42,204 nucleotides of DNA, taken from NCBI GenBank assembly GCA_036392575.1, contig DASVXS010000151.1, positions 1 to 42,204 of the forward strand, in the 5' to 3' direction. The notes under the pieces are model-generated. The model searched no databases. It saw only the letters and a program-made list of their open reading frames with translations, and was not told where the DNA came from. Shown piece after piece: positions 25,767 through 33,755 of this stretch (its first letter is position 1; every line of letters starts with the position of its first letter). Position numbers and translations under genes: made by a program. The DNA comes from Thermoleophilaceae bacterium (GTDB taxonomy: Bacteria; Actinomycetota; Thermoleophilia; Solirubrobacterales; Thermoleophilaceae).

Positions 25767-26008
25767 GTCTCCACTCTACTGACAGAGTCCGCGAGCGCGT
25801 CCGGGTCGACGTGGTACTCGAACAGCTCCTCGCCATCGACTGCCACGACGGGGATGCGTTCACCGTACTGGCGATGAAGAGCCGAGTCGAGGCTCACGTC
25901 CACCTCCTCCAGAGCAAAGGGCGTGCTTTGGCGCACGCTCAGCACCACCTCACGCGCATCGTCGCAGAGGCAGCAGCCGGGCTTGCCGTAGAGCGTGACC
26001 AATCTCAC
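25763..26008 (-). CDS. glutaredoxin-like (DUF836-type thioredoxin-fold) protein
   Basis: ORF 25763..26134 trimmed to the GTG at 26008 (GTGA overlap with the tsaD stop). 81 aa: VRLVTLYGKPGCCLCDDAREVV...IPVVAVDGEELFEY, with the CxxC motif CCLC. Confidence 0.7.
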   Translation of the reverse strand: MRLVTLYGKPGCCLCDDAREVVLSVRQSTPFALEEVDVSLDSALHRQYGERIPVVAVDGEELFEYHVDPDALADSVSRVET

Positions 26009-26988
26009 GCGGCCACCGGCCTCGCGGACGCGTCGAGCGCCAGATACCCCGGGAAAGGAAGCGGCTCCTGGAAGCGAGCGGCGCCCGCGATCATCGCCGC
26101 GTTGTCGGTACAGAGCGAAAAGTCCGGGATCCATACCTTCAGGCCGAGCTGGGCCACGCGCTCGCGCAACTCCCGGTTCGCGGCCACGCCGCCGCCGATC
26201 GCGAGGCGCTCGAGCCCCTCGCGCTCGATCGCCTTCTTCGCGCGCGCGACGAGCGCATCCACGATCGCGCGCTGGTAGGAGGCGGCCAGGTCAGCCTTGC
26301 GCCGCTCCGTCTCCGTCTCGCCGAGGTCGCGCACGGCGTACAGCAGCGACGTCTTCAGCCCCGAGAAGCTGAAGTCCAGCTCCCCCGGCGCCGAGCGCGG
26401 GAAGTCGAACGCGGTGGGGTCGCCCTCGCGCGCGAGCCGGTCGATCGCCGGACCGCCCGGATAGCCGAGGCCGAGGAGCCGTGCCCCCTTGTCGAAGGCT
26501 TCGCCCGCGGCGTCGTCGAGCGTGGTGCCCAGCCGGCGGTGGGAGCTCAGCTCGTCCACGCGCGCGATGAACGTGTGGCCGCCACTCGCCACGAGGCAGA
26601 GGTACGGCGGCTCGACGGGGTCGTCGCCCAGCGTGCTCGCGACCACGTGGCCGTGGAGATGATCCACCGGAGCGAGCGGCAGCCGGCGCGCCGCGGCGAT
26701 CGCCTTCGCCTCGGAGACGCCCACGAGCAGCGCACCGATGAGCCCGGGCCCCTGGGTGACCGCAATGGTGTCCGCGCCGTCGAGCGTGGCACCCGCGCGC
26801 TCGAGAGCGTCGTCGATCACCGCGTCGATCAGCTCGAGGTGCCGCCGCGACGCGATCTCCGGGACCACGCCGCCGTAGCGCTCATGGAGCAGTCCCTGCG
26901 ACGCGACCACGTTCGAACGGACCTCCCCCGCGTGTGAGACGACCGCGGCGCAGGTGTCGTCGCAGCTGGTCTCGATCCCGAGGATCAC
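26005..26988 (-). CDS. tsaD: tRNA N6-adenosine threonylcarbamoyltransferase TsaD
   Basis: VILGIETSCDDTCAAV, GVVPEIASRRH, VTQGPGLIGALLVG, VDHLHGHV, GGGVAANRELR. The start is set at GTG 26988 (GTGA overlap with the rimI stop); the ORF track extends to 27060. Confidence 0.93.
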   Translation of the reverse strand: MILGIETSCDDTCAAVVSHAGEVRSNVVASQGLLHERYGGVVPEIASRRHLELIDAVIDDALERAGATLDGADTIAVTQGPGLIGALLVGVSEAKAIAAARRLPLAPVDHLHGHVVASTLGDDPVEPPYLCLVASGGHTFIARVDELSSHRRLGTTLDDAAGEAFDKGARLLGLGYPGGPAIDRLAREGDPTAFDFPRSAPGELDFSFSGLKTSLLYAVRDLGETETERRKADLAASYQRAIVDALVARAKKAIEREGLERLAIGGGVAANRELRERVAQLGLKVWIPDFSLCTDNAAMIAGAARFQEPLPFPGYLALDASARPVAA

Positions 26989-27488
26989 GCCGGCGCGGCG
27001 CGCTCCGAGGCCTCGCGCGCCGGGTCGGTGACGGGACCGCTCGCATCCGCGGTGCGCCACATGATGAGCGCGTCTTCCTTGTTGTCGTGGTAGTAGCCGC
27101 GCCGCTTGCCGGCCGCCCGGAATCCGAAGCGCTCGTACAGGGCGATCGCCGAGGTGTTCGACTCACGCACCTCGAGCGTGTACTGCTCACCTGGGCGATC
27201 GGCAGTCTCGAACAGGCGGTTCAGCAGCGCCGTGGCGATCCCGGTGCGGCGGCGGCGGTCGTCGACCGCCACGTTCATCAAGTGCCAGACCGTGTCGTAG
27301 CGGGAGCAGACGAGGTAGCCGGCGATCTTCCCGTCGATGGTGGCGGCGAGGCAGATCCCGGACGGCTTCGACAGCTCGAGTACGAACATGGCGAGCGACC
27401 AGGCTGTCGGGAACGCCCGTCGCTCGATGGCGATGACCTGCGGGAGATCCGAGTAGCTGAGACGGCGTATCTCGAGTGGCGGGGTCAA
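26985..27488 (-). CDS. rimI: ribosomal-protein-alanine N-acetyltransferase RimI (GNAT)
   Basis: IRRLSYSDLPQVIAIERRAFPTAWS...WHLMNVAVDDRRRRTGIATALLNRL...LEVRESNTSAIALYERFGF, in the classical position between tsaB and tsaD. The start is set at TTG 27488 (TTGA overlap). Confidence 0.85.
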   Translation of the reverse strand: MTPPLEIRRLSYSDLPQVIAIERRAFPTAWSLAMFVLELSKPSGICLAATIDGKIAGYLVCSRYDTVWHLMNVAVDDRRRRTGIATALLNRLFETADRPGEQYTLEVRESNTSAIALYERFGFRAAGKRRGYYHDNKEDALIMWRTADASGPVTDPAREASERAAPA

Positions 27489-28165
27489 CTTGGGGGCTTG
27501 GCGTCCGGTTCGCGCAGATACTGGGGGAGCACCGCATCGGCAGGCACCGCAAAAGTCTGCCCTGCCAGCCGGCACAGGTGAAGGGCCCTTACGACGTGCG
27601 ACGTGGAATCGGGCTCGGCGACAGCCACGCCGCCCGCCTCCAGAGCCTCTCGAAATCGTAGCGAGCCGTCTCCGGCTGCCAGAAGCGATTCGTCACTCAA
27701 CAGGCCGTCGGATCGCAAGCGCTCGATGAGCGCCTCGGGCGTGGCCACGAACGGCGCGATCCGCTCCCTCCCGTCGTCGTAGAGCGCCGCGAACAGTTCG
27801 CCGCGCTTGGCGTCGATCAGGGCGAGGCGACGCGGCGCCTCGATGCCCTCGGCGAGGGCTGCGAGCGAGGACACGGGCCGCACCTCGAGGCCGTGTGCGT
27901 GCGCGAGCCCGCGGGCGGTGGCGACCCCGATTCGGAGACCCGTGAACGTGCCCGGCCCCACGCCGACCGCCACAGCGTCGAGCTGTTCGAACGACAGCCC
28001 CGCGCGTTCAAGGCAGCCGGTCACCTCGGGCAGCAGCTCGCGCGCGTGTGCCGGCGGCTCGCCTAGCGCCTCGACCGGTGGGACGAATTCGAAGCCGGCG
28101 CCGTCGTCGCGGAGCACGCACGCGCTTGTGGCCGCGGTGGAGGTATCGAAGCCGAGCAGGTTCAC
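27485..28165 (-). CDS. tsaB: tRNA threonylcarbamoyladenosine biosynthesis protein TsaB
   Basis: VNLLGFDTSTAATSACVL...VAVGVGPGTFTGLRIGVATARGLA. The start is set at GTG 28165 (GTGA overlap with the tsaE stop). Confidence 0.86.
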   Translation of the reverse strand: MNLLGFDTSTAATSACVLRDDGAGFEFVPPVEALGEPPAHARELLPEVTGCLERAGLSFEQLDAVAVGVGPGTFTGLRIGVATARGLAHAHGLEVRPVSSLAALAEGIEAPRRLALIDAKRGELFAALYDDGRERIAPFVATPEALIERLRSDGLLSDESLLAAGDGSLRFREALEAGGVAVAEPDSTSHVVRALHLCRLAGQTFAVPADAVLPQYLREPDAKPPS

Positions 28166-28575
28166 TCGTCCGGCAGCTCCAGCGCGCGGCGGTCGCCGCC
28201 GAGGTGCTCGATGCGAACGCGAGCGCGCACGCTGTCGAGCCTCGGGAGCGCGACGTCGGGCCACTCGAGGAAGGCGATGCGCTCGGGCGTGACGTAGTCG
28301 TCGAGCAAAGCTGGGTCCTCGCCCTCGAGCGTGCTCAGCCGGTAAAGGTCCAGGTGGGCCACCTCCGGGCGGCCGTCGTACAGCTGCCCGATCGTGAACG
28401 TCGGGCTGGTGACGGGCTCGCGCACGCCGAGTGCGCGGGCGGCGCCCCGCACGAAGGTGGTCTTCCCGGTCCCGAGCTCGCCCGACACGAGCACCACGTC
28501 ACCCGGCTTCAGGCGCTCGGCGAGCCGCGATCCGGCGCGCTCGGTCTCCTCGGGGCTCGCGGTCTCGATCCGCAT
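28162..28575 (-). CDS. tsaE: tRNA threonylcarbamoyladenosine biosynthesis ATPase TsaE
   Basis: 137 aa with the P-loop LVSGELGTGKTTFVRG, SPTFT and HLDLYRL. Confidence 0.88.
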   Translation of the reverse strand: MRIETASPEETERAGSRLAERLKPGDVVLVSGELGTGKTTFVRGAARALGVREPVTSPTFTIGQLYDGRPEVAHLDLYRLSTLEGEDPALLDDYVTPERIAFLEWPDVALPRLDSVRARVRIEHLGGDRRALELPDE

Positions 28576-28600
28576 GGCCCGCGAAGTGTGGCGGGTGCGA

Positions 28601-29287
28601 TCAGCCGAAGAGCCCGAGCTGCGGCGGCTCGGCGGCCATCATCGCCGGCTCCGGCGGCCCCGCTGCGGGCGGCGCAGGCGGCGCGGCAGCCTTCGGCCGG
28701 GCGGTGGCGATCAGCTCCGGCAGCTTCTGAAAGTCGTCGCGGAGCTGGGTGAGCACGGCACCGCTGCGGAGGCCCGCGGCCGGATGGAAGAGCGGGAAGA
28801 TCACCAGCGGCAGTCCCTCGATCACGCGTTCCTGCGGGCGCCCGTGCGCGCGTGTGATGCCCTCCGGCCGGCCCGTGATGCACTTGGTAGCGAAGTTGCC
28901 CAAGGTGCAGATCACGCGGGGCTCGATCAGCCGGATCTTCTGCATCAGGTAGGGCTTGCACTCCTCGATCTCTTCGGGCTCCGGATCGCGATTGCCGGGA
29001 GGGCGGCACATGAGCACGTTGGCGATGAAGGCGTCCTGCTCACGCTCGAGTCCGATCTCAGCCAGCAGCTTGTCGAGCAGCTTCCCCGCCGCACCCACGA
29101 ACGGCTTGCCCTGCTGATCCTCGTGGAAGCCGGGCGCCTCGCCTACGAACATCAGGTCGGCGTCGGCGTTGCCCGACCCGAACACCACGTTCGTGCGCGT
29201 CGCGGCAAGCGGGCAGTCGTGGCAGTCCTGGAGCTCGCGGTAGAGCTTGATCAGCTCAGCCCTGCGTTCCTCGGCCGCGCGTCCCAT
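28601..29287 (-). CDS. uracil-DNA glycosylase, family 4, with a Pro/Ala-rich C-terminal extension ending in QLGLFG
   Basis: 228 aa: CHDCPLAATRTNVVFGSGNADADLMFVGEAPGFHEDQQGKPFVGAAGKLL...NVLMCRPPGNRDP...HPAAGLR (family-4 motifs including Fe-S Cys residues). The tail is ATARPKAAAPPAPPAAGPPEPAMMAAEPPQLGLFG. Confidence 0.88.
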   Translation of the reverse strand: MGRAAEERRAELIKLYRELQDCHDCPLAATRTNVVFGSGNADADLMFVGEAPGFHEDQQGKPFVGAAGKLLDKLLAEIGLEREQDAFIANVLMCRPPGNRDPEPEEIEECKPYLMQKIRLIEPRVICTLGNFATKCITGRPEGITRAHGRPQERVIEGLPLVIFPLFHPAAGLRSGAVLTQLRDDFQKLPELIATARPKAAAPPAPPAAGPPEPAMMAAEPPQLGLFG

Positions 29288-29442
29288 TCGGCCCTCAGGC
29301 TACGGAGAACTGCGGATGGAGTTCCGCCTCGCTGGGTATCCTTAAGCGCAAGCCGCTACCCCATCTGGGGAGCGGACTGAGACACACCTCACACTCAACC
29401 GACCTGCCGCCCGGTATCTCGGAAGACGGGAACTGGAGCACG

Positions 29443-30225
29443 ATGAGCGCCCAAGCCACCCACGCGCAGCTTGCCCAGCACGGGTTGCGCAGCATTGCCG
29501 TGGTCGGCCGCGGCCGCCTCGGCACCGCGATTGCGCCGGCGCTCCGCAACGCGGGCTTCGACGTGATCGGCCCGCTTGGACGGGGTGAGCGCGCCGCAGC
29601 CGACGCCGTGCTGCTCTGCGTGCCGGACTCGCAAATCGCGGCCGCGGCGGCCGCGATCACCGGCTGCGCCCCGCTCGTCGGCCACACGAGCGGCGCAACT
29701 CCTCTCTCCGCGCTCGAGCCGGCCCGCGGCGAGCGCTTTGGCCTCCATCCCCTCCAGACCTTCACCGGCGGCGACGGCCCCGAGAGCTTCACGGGCGTCG
29801 GCTGCGCCGTGGGCGGCAGCTCCGAGCGCGCACTTGACGCCGCGATGGAGATCGCCGGCGCGCTCGGCATGCGTCCCTTCGAACTCGCCGACGAGCAGCG
29901 TGCGGCCTACCACGCCGCGGCCTCGATCGCCTCGAACTTCCTCGTCGCGCTCGAGTCGGCGGCCGAGACCGTCGCCGGAAGCGCGGGCCTTCCGCCGGAG
30001 CGCACCCGTGAGCTGCTCGCTCCGCTGGTGCGCGCAACCGTCGAGAACTGGGCGGACCTCGGTCCCGAGCGGGCTCTCACCGGACCCGTCGCCCGCGGTG
30101 ACGAGCTCACCGTCGCCAAGCAGCGCACCGCGCTCCGCGAGCACACCCCCGAGCTGCTTCCGCTCTTCGACGCGCTCGTCGCGCAGGCACGCGCCGTCGC
30201 CGGCCGCGGAGAGGCCGCGGCATGA
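29443..30225 (+). CDS. Rossmann-fold oxidoreductase with DUF2520 C-terminal domain
   Basis: 260 aa: [24 protein letters not shown] (GxGxxG) and a C-terminal [15 protein letters not shown]...LTGPVARGD typical of DUF2520. Its stop overlaps the panC start (ATGA). Confidence 0.72.
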   Translation: MSAQATHAQLAQHGLRSIAVVGRGRLGTAIAPALRNAGFDVIGPLGRGERAAADAVLLCVPDSQIAAAAAAITGCAPLVGHTSGATPLSALEPARGERFGLHPLQTFTGGDGPESFTGVGCAVGGSSERALDAAMEIAGALGMRPFELADEQRAAYHAAASIASNFLVALESAAETVAGSAGLPPERTRELLAPLVRATVENWADLGPERALTGPVARGDELTVAKQRTALREHTPELLPLFDALVAQARAVAGRGEAAA

Positions 30226-31067
30226 AAACCGTTCGCACAATCGCCGAGCTGCGCGAGGCGGTGCGCGCCGCCGAGCGCCCGGTCGGCCTCGTCCCGACGA
30301 TGGGCGCCCTGCACGAGGGCCACCTGTCCCTCATCCGCCGGGCGCGCGAGCAGAGCGCCACGGTGGTCGTTTCGGTGTTCGTCAACCCAAGCCAGTTCCG
30401 GCCGGGCGAGGACTTCGAGGCATACCCGCGCAACGAGCAGCGCGACGCCGAGGTCGCCGAGCGCGAGGGCGCGGGTATCGTGTTCGCCCCTTCGGTCGAG
30501 GAGGTCTACCCGCCGGGATTCGACACGAGCGTGCAGGTGGGCGCGCTCACGGAGGTGCTCGACGGCCACCCGGCGCAGCGTGGCCCGGAGCACTTCCATG
30601 GGGTGACGACGGTCGTCACCAAGCTGTTCAACATGGTGCAGCCCGACGCCGCCTACTTCGGGCAGAAGGACGCCCAGCAGGCGATCGTGCTGCGCAAGCT
30701 CGCACGCGACCTGGACATGCCGGTGCGCATCGAGGTCTGTCCCACGGTGCGCGAGCCCGACGGCTTGGCGCTCAGCTCGCGCAACGTCTACCTCGGGCCC
30801 GAGGAGCGCGAGCGCGCGCTCGCCCTTTCGCGCGCGCTCCGCGCGGCCGAACAGGCCGTGGCCGCGGGCACGGTCGAGGCCGACGTCGTGCTCGCCGCGG
30901 CGCGCACCGAGCTCGAGGCGGCGGGCATCGAGCCCGACTACCTCGAGCTCCGCTCCACCAACGATCTTTCCCCGGTCGAGCGCGTGAACGGCTCGACTCT
31001 GCTCGCCGTGGCCGCCCGCGTGGGCCGCGCACGGCTGATCGACAACACCGTGCTGGGAGGCGCATGA
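30222..31067 (+). CDS. panC: pantoate--beta-alanine ligase
   Basis: 281 aa: [49 protein letters not shown]. Confidence 0.95.
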   Translation: MKTVRTIAELREAVRAAERPVGLVPTMGALHEGHLSLIRRAREQSATVVVSVFVNPSQFRPGEDFEAYPRNEQRDAEVAEREGAGIVFAPSVEEVYPPGFDTSVQVGALTEVLDGHPAQRGPEHFHGVTTVVTKLFNMVQPDAAYFGQKDAQQAIVLRKLARDLDMPVRIEVCPTVREPDGLALSSRNVYLGPEERERALALSRALRAAEQAVAAGTVEADVVLAAARTELEAAGIEPDYLELRSTNDLSPVERVNGSTLLAVAARVGRARLIDNTVLGGA

Positions 31068-31444
31068 AACGGACGATGCTCAAGTCGAAGATCCACCGCG
31101 GGCGGATCACGGCGAGCGATCTTCACTACGTCGGGTCGATCACGATCGACGCCGAACTTCTCGAGGCCGCCGACATCCTCGAGCACGAGCTCGTGCACGT
31201 GCTCGACGTGGACAACGGCGCCCGCTTCGAGACCTACACGATCGCCGGAGCCCGCGGCTCCGGCGAGATCAAGGTGAACGGCGCGGCGGCGCGACTCGTC
31301 CACACGGGCGACACCGTGATCGTCGTGTCCTACGCCTCATACGACGAGCGAGAGCTCGAGTCCTACGAGCCGAAGGTGGTTCACGTGAACGCGCACAACG
31401 AGATCATTCAGGTCGACGACGCGGTGGCGGAGCTGGTGGCATGA
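31064..31444 (+). CDS. panD: aspartate 1-decarboxylase
   Basis: The last 126 codons of ORF 29576..31444: [29 protein letters not shown] (self-processing G-S site), NGARFETY. The ATG overlaps the panC stop (ATGA at 31064-31067). Confidence 0.93.
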   Translation: MKRTMLKSKIHRGRITASDLHYVGSITIDAELLEAADILEHELVHVLDVDNGARFETYTIAGARGSGEIKVNGAAARLVHTGDTVIVVSYASYDERELESYEPKVVHVNAHNEIIQVDDAVAELVA

Positions 31445-32346
31445 GCGCGCGACCGAACGTCTCCCCCGCGCCGCCCGCAAAACGCAAGGCGACGACGCTC
31501 TCCACGCTCGCCGAGAAGAAGGCGCTCGGCGAACCGATCGTCATGGTGACCGCCTACGACTACCCGAGCGCTCAGGTGGCCGAGGAGGCCGCCGTGGACC
31601 TCGTGCTCGTGGGCGATTCCGGCGCGATGACCGTGCTCGGCTACCCGAGCACCGTGCCCGTGTCGATCGACGAGATGCTGATGCTCTGTGCCGCAGCCCG
31701 GCGCGGGCTCTCCACCCCGATGCTGATCGGCGACCTGCCGTTCGGCTCCTACGAGGTCTCGAACGAGCAGGCGATCGCGACCGCCCAGCGCTTCGTGAAG
31801 GAGGCCGGATGCGACGCCGTCAAGCTAGAGCGCGGCGGCGTGTCGGCCGAGCGTGCGAAGGCGATCGTGGACGCCGGGATCCCGGTGATGGGTCACGTCG
31901 GGCTCACACCGCAGACCGCCACCGCGCTCGGCGGCTACCGCTCGCAGGGGCGCACCGCGGAACGGGCGCTCGAAGTGCTCGACGACGCTCTGGCCCTGCA
32001 GGAGGCGGGCTGCTTCGCGATCGTCTTCGAAGCCGTACCGAGCGAGTTCACCGAGCTCGTCATGCCGCGGCTGGCGATCCCCGTTATCGGAATCGGCGCC
32101 GGGCCGTCCACCGACGGCCAGGTGCTCGTGTTCCACGATCTGCTCGGCATCTACGACGGTCACGCCGCCCGCTTCGTGAAGCGCTACGGCAACGTGCGCC
32201 AGGCGATGATCGACGGCGTTTCGGCGTTCGCGGCGGAGGTGCGCGAGCGCCGCTACCCAGAGCCCGACCACGGCTACACGATGGCGCCCGACGAGGTGGC
32301 GCGCCTCAAGGACGCGCTCACCCACAGCGAGCGCACAAAGGCCTGA
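31441..32346 (+). CDS. panB: 3-methyl-2-oxobutanoate hydroxymethyltransferase
   Basis: 301 aa: [30 protein letters not shown]-like (VKLERGG), [15 protein letters not shown]. The ATG overlaps the panD stop (ATGA). Confidence 0.95.
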   Translation: MSARPNVSPAPPAKRKATTLSTLAEKKALGEPIVMVTAYDYPSAQVAEEAAVDLVLVGDSGAMTVLGYPSTVPVSIDEMLMLCAAARRGLSTPMLIGDLPFGSYEVSNEQAIATAQRFVKEAGCDAVKLERGGVSAERAKAIVDAGIPVMGHVGLTPQTATALGGYRSQGRTAERALEVLDDALALQEAGCFAIVFEAVPSEFTELVMPRLAIPVIGIGAGPSTDGQVLVFHDLLGIYDGHAARFVKRYGNVRQAMIDGVSAFAAEVRERRYPEPDHGYTMAPDEVARLKDALTHSERTKA

Positions 32347-32351
32347 ACGCG

Positions 32352-32379
32352 GAGGCGGCGCCCCTCGGGGCGCCGCCTC
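32352..32379. terminator. GC-rich hairpin between convergent panB and the cupredoxin gene (terminator-like, no U tract)
   Basis: GAGGCGGCGCCCC (32352-32364) and GGGGCGCCGCCTC (32367-32379) form a 13-bp perfect inverted repeat. Confidence 0.5.
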
Positions 32380-32404
32380 TGCCTACCAGGGGCGACTGGA
32401 GCGT

Positions 32405-32908
32405 CTAATAGCCGCGGCTCGAGCCGGTTGTGTCGGTCGAGCCGTTGTCCGTGGTGGAGGAGCCGGCGCTGCCGCTGCTGCCCACGGTGATCGTGCCCTT
32501 CATGCCCATCTGCTTGTGATTGTCCACCGGGCAGTACCACTCGTACTTGCCGGGCTTCGCGAGATCGGCCTTCAGCTCGCTCGAGTCGCCTGGATTCAGC
32601 TGACTCGGCAGCCGCACCTCTCCGTTCGGGCCCTCGACCTCGAGGCTGTGGACCGTCTGCCCAGAGTTTTTGACCTTGAACTCGACCACGCCCGGCTTCA
32701 CCGACGGATTCGACGGATTGAGCTTGAAGTCGGTCTCGGTCACGTTCACCGTCGCCGACGCCTTTCCCGTCGGGGCGGCTTGCGTGGACGTGCCCGAGGG
32801 CGTCGTGCCCGTACCCGAGGAGCGCTTCTCGCCGCCTCCACAGCCTGCGACCAACAGCACCCCTGCCACCCCGGCCGCCAGCAGGCCGGCATACCGCTTC
32901 GTCTGCAT
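32405..32908 (-). CDS. cupredoxin-like lipoprotein (putative type-1 copper site)
   Basis: 167 aa. Lipobox LLVAGC after the signal peptide and a Ser/Thr/Gly linker. Cupredoxin core VEFKVKNSGQTVHSLEV...YEWYCPVDNHKQMGMKGTITV (candidate His, Cys, His, Met ligands). Confidence 0.72.
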   Translation of the reverse strand: MQTKRYAGLLAAGVAGVLLVAGCGGGEKRSSGTGTTPSGTSTQAAPTGKASATVNVTETDFKLNPSNPSVKPGVVEFKVKNSGQTVHSLEVEGPNGEVRLPSQLNPGDSSELKADLAKPGKYEWYCPVDNHKQMGMKGTITVGSSGSAGSSTTDNGSTDTTGSSRGY

Positions 32909-32965
32909 CCTCCCCAGGCTCCTTCCTCGTTGGTCTGTTCTGGAAGACGGGGCAAGCGTCCAGAT

Positions 32966-33580
32966 TCATCCCGCCGCCGGCAAATCCTCAGGCTTGGCGA
33001 ACTCGATTTCCTTGATCACCTTCGCCGGCGAGCCGGCCGCCACCACACCGTCCGGGAGATCGGAGGTGACCACTGAGTTCGCGCCGATTACGCAGCGGTC
33101 GCCCACCGTCACGCCGCTCGTGACGACGCAGTTCACGCCGAACCAGCAGTTCGAGCCGATCCGCACCGGACCCTTCGAGGTGAAGCCCTGCCAGGTGATC
33201 GGCCGCGTCGGGTCGTCGAAGCGGTGGGCCGAGTCGCCGACGAAGCAGTGGTTCGCGAACATCGTATGGTCGCCGATCTCGATCGAGTCGATCGCGGCGA
33301 GCATCGTCCCGATGTTGAGGAAGCAGCCCTCGCCGATGCGCACGCGTGCCCCCTCGCCGATCGTGATCCAGCATCCCGGCTCGAGCAGCGTGTTGGCGCC
33401 GATCTCGAGGCGGCCGTCGTCGAGGCACTCCAGCACGTTGCCCTGCACCGGAAAGCGGATGAACGCCTCGCGCTGCAGCGCATGCCAGTGGATGCGCGCG
33501 CGGTTCCACGGCAGCGCGTTTCGCTCGTACCAGCGCCACTTGCGCTCCCACAGCACGGCCTTGCGGTAGAGGTCTCCCAT
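32966..33580 (-). CDS. hexapeptide-repeat (left-handed beta-helix) acyl/acetyltransferase, sugar O-acetyltransferase-like
   Basis: ORF 32966..33685, with the ATG at 33580 preferred. Hexapeptide repeats IGANTLLEPGCWITIGEGARVRIGEGCFLNIG...IEIGDHTMFANHCFVGDSAHRF...VRIGSNCWFGVNCVVTSGVTVGDRCVIGANSVV. Start uncertain. Confidence 0.75.
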   Translation of the reverse strand: MGDLYRKAVLWERKWRWYERNALPWNRARIHWHALQREAFIRFPVQGNVLECLDDGRLEIGANTLLEPGCWITIGEGARVRIGEGCFLNIGTMLAAIDSIEIGDHTMFANHCFVGDSAHRFDDPTRPITWQGFTSKGPVRIGSNCWFGVNCVVTSGVTVGDRCVIGANSVVTSDLPDGVVAAGSPAKVIKEIEFAKPEDLPAAG

Positions 33581-33755
33581 CGGCGAGAGCTTTCCAGACC
33601 GCGCGGCGGGCCCGGTGCAACAAAGGAGCGGGCCCCCGCCTGCCACGGGGGCCCGCGTTCGCTCGCCGGAAACCGGACGTTCCATATCCGCTACCGGCAG
33701 TTTGGCCCGTACCCCATCAGTCGCCGGCTGCGCGCCGGCGTAGAGCTTGTATCCG

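Noticed and set aside
29576-31063. Upstream 496 codons of the 622-aa ORF 29576..31444
   Set aside because: Only the last 126 codons (panD) are real. The rest is an out-of-frame read-through over DUF2520 and panC with Arg/Pro/Ala-rich low complexity.
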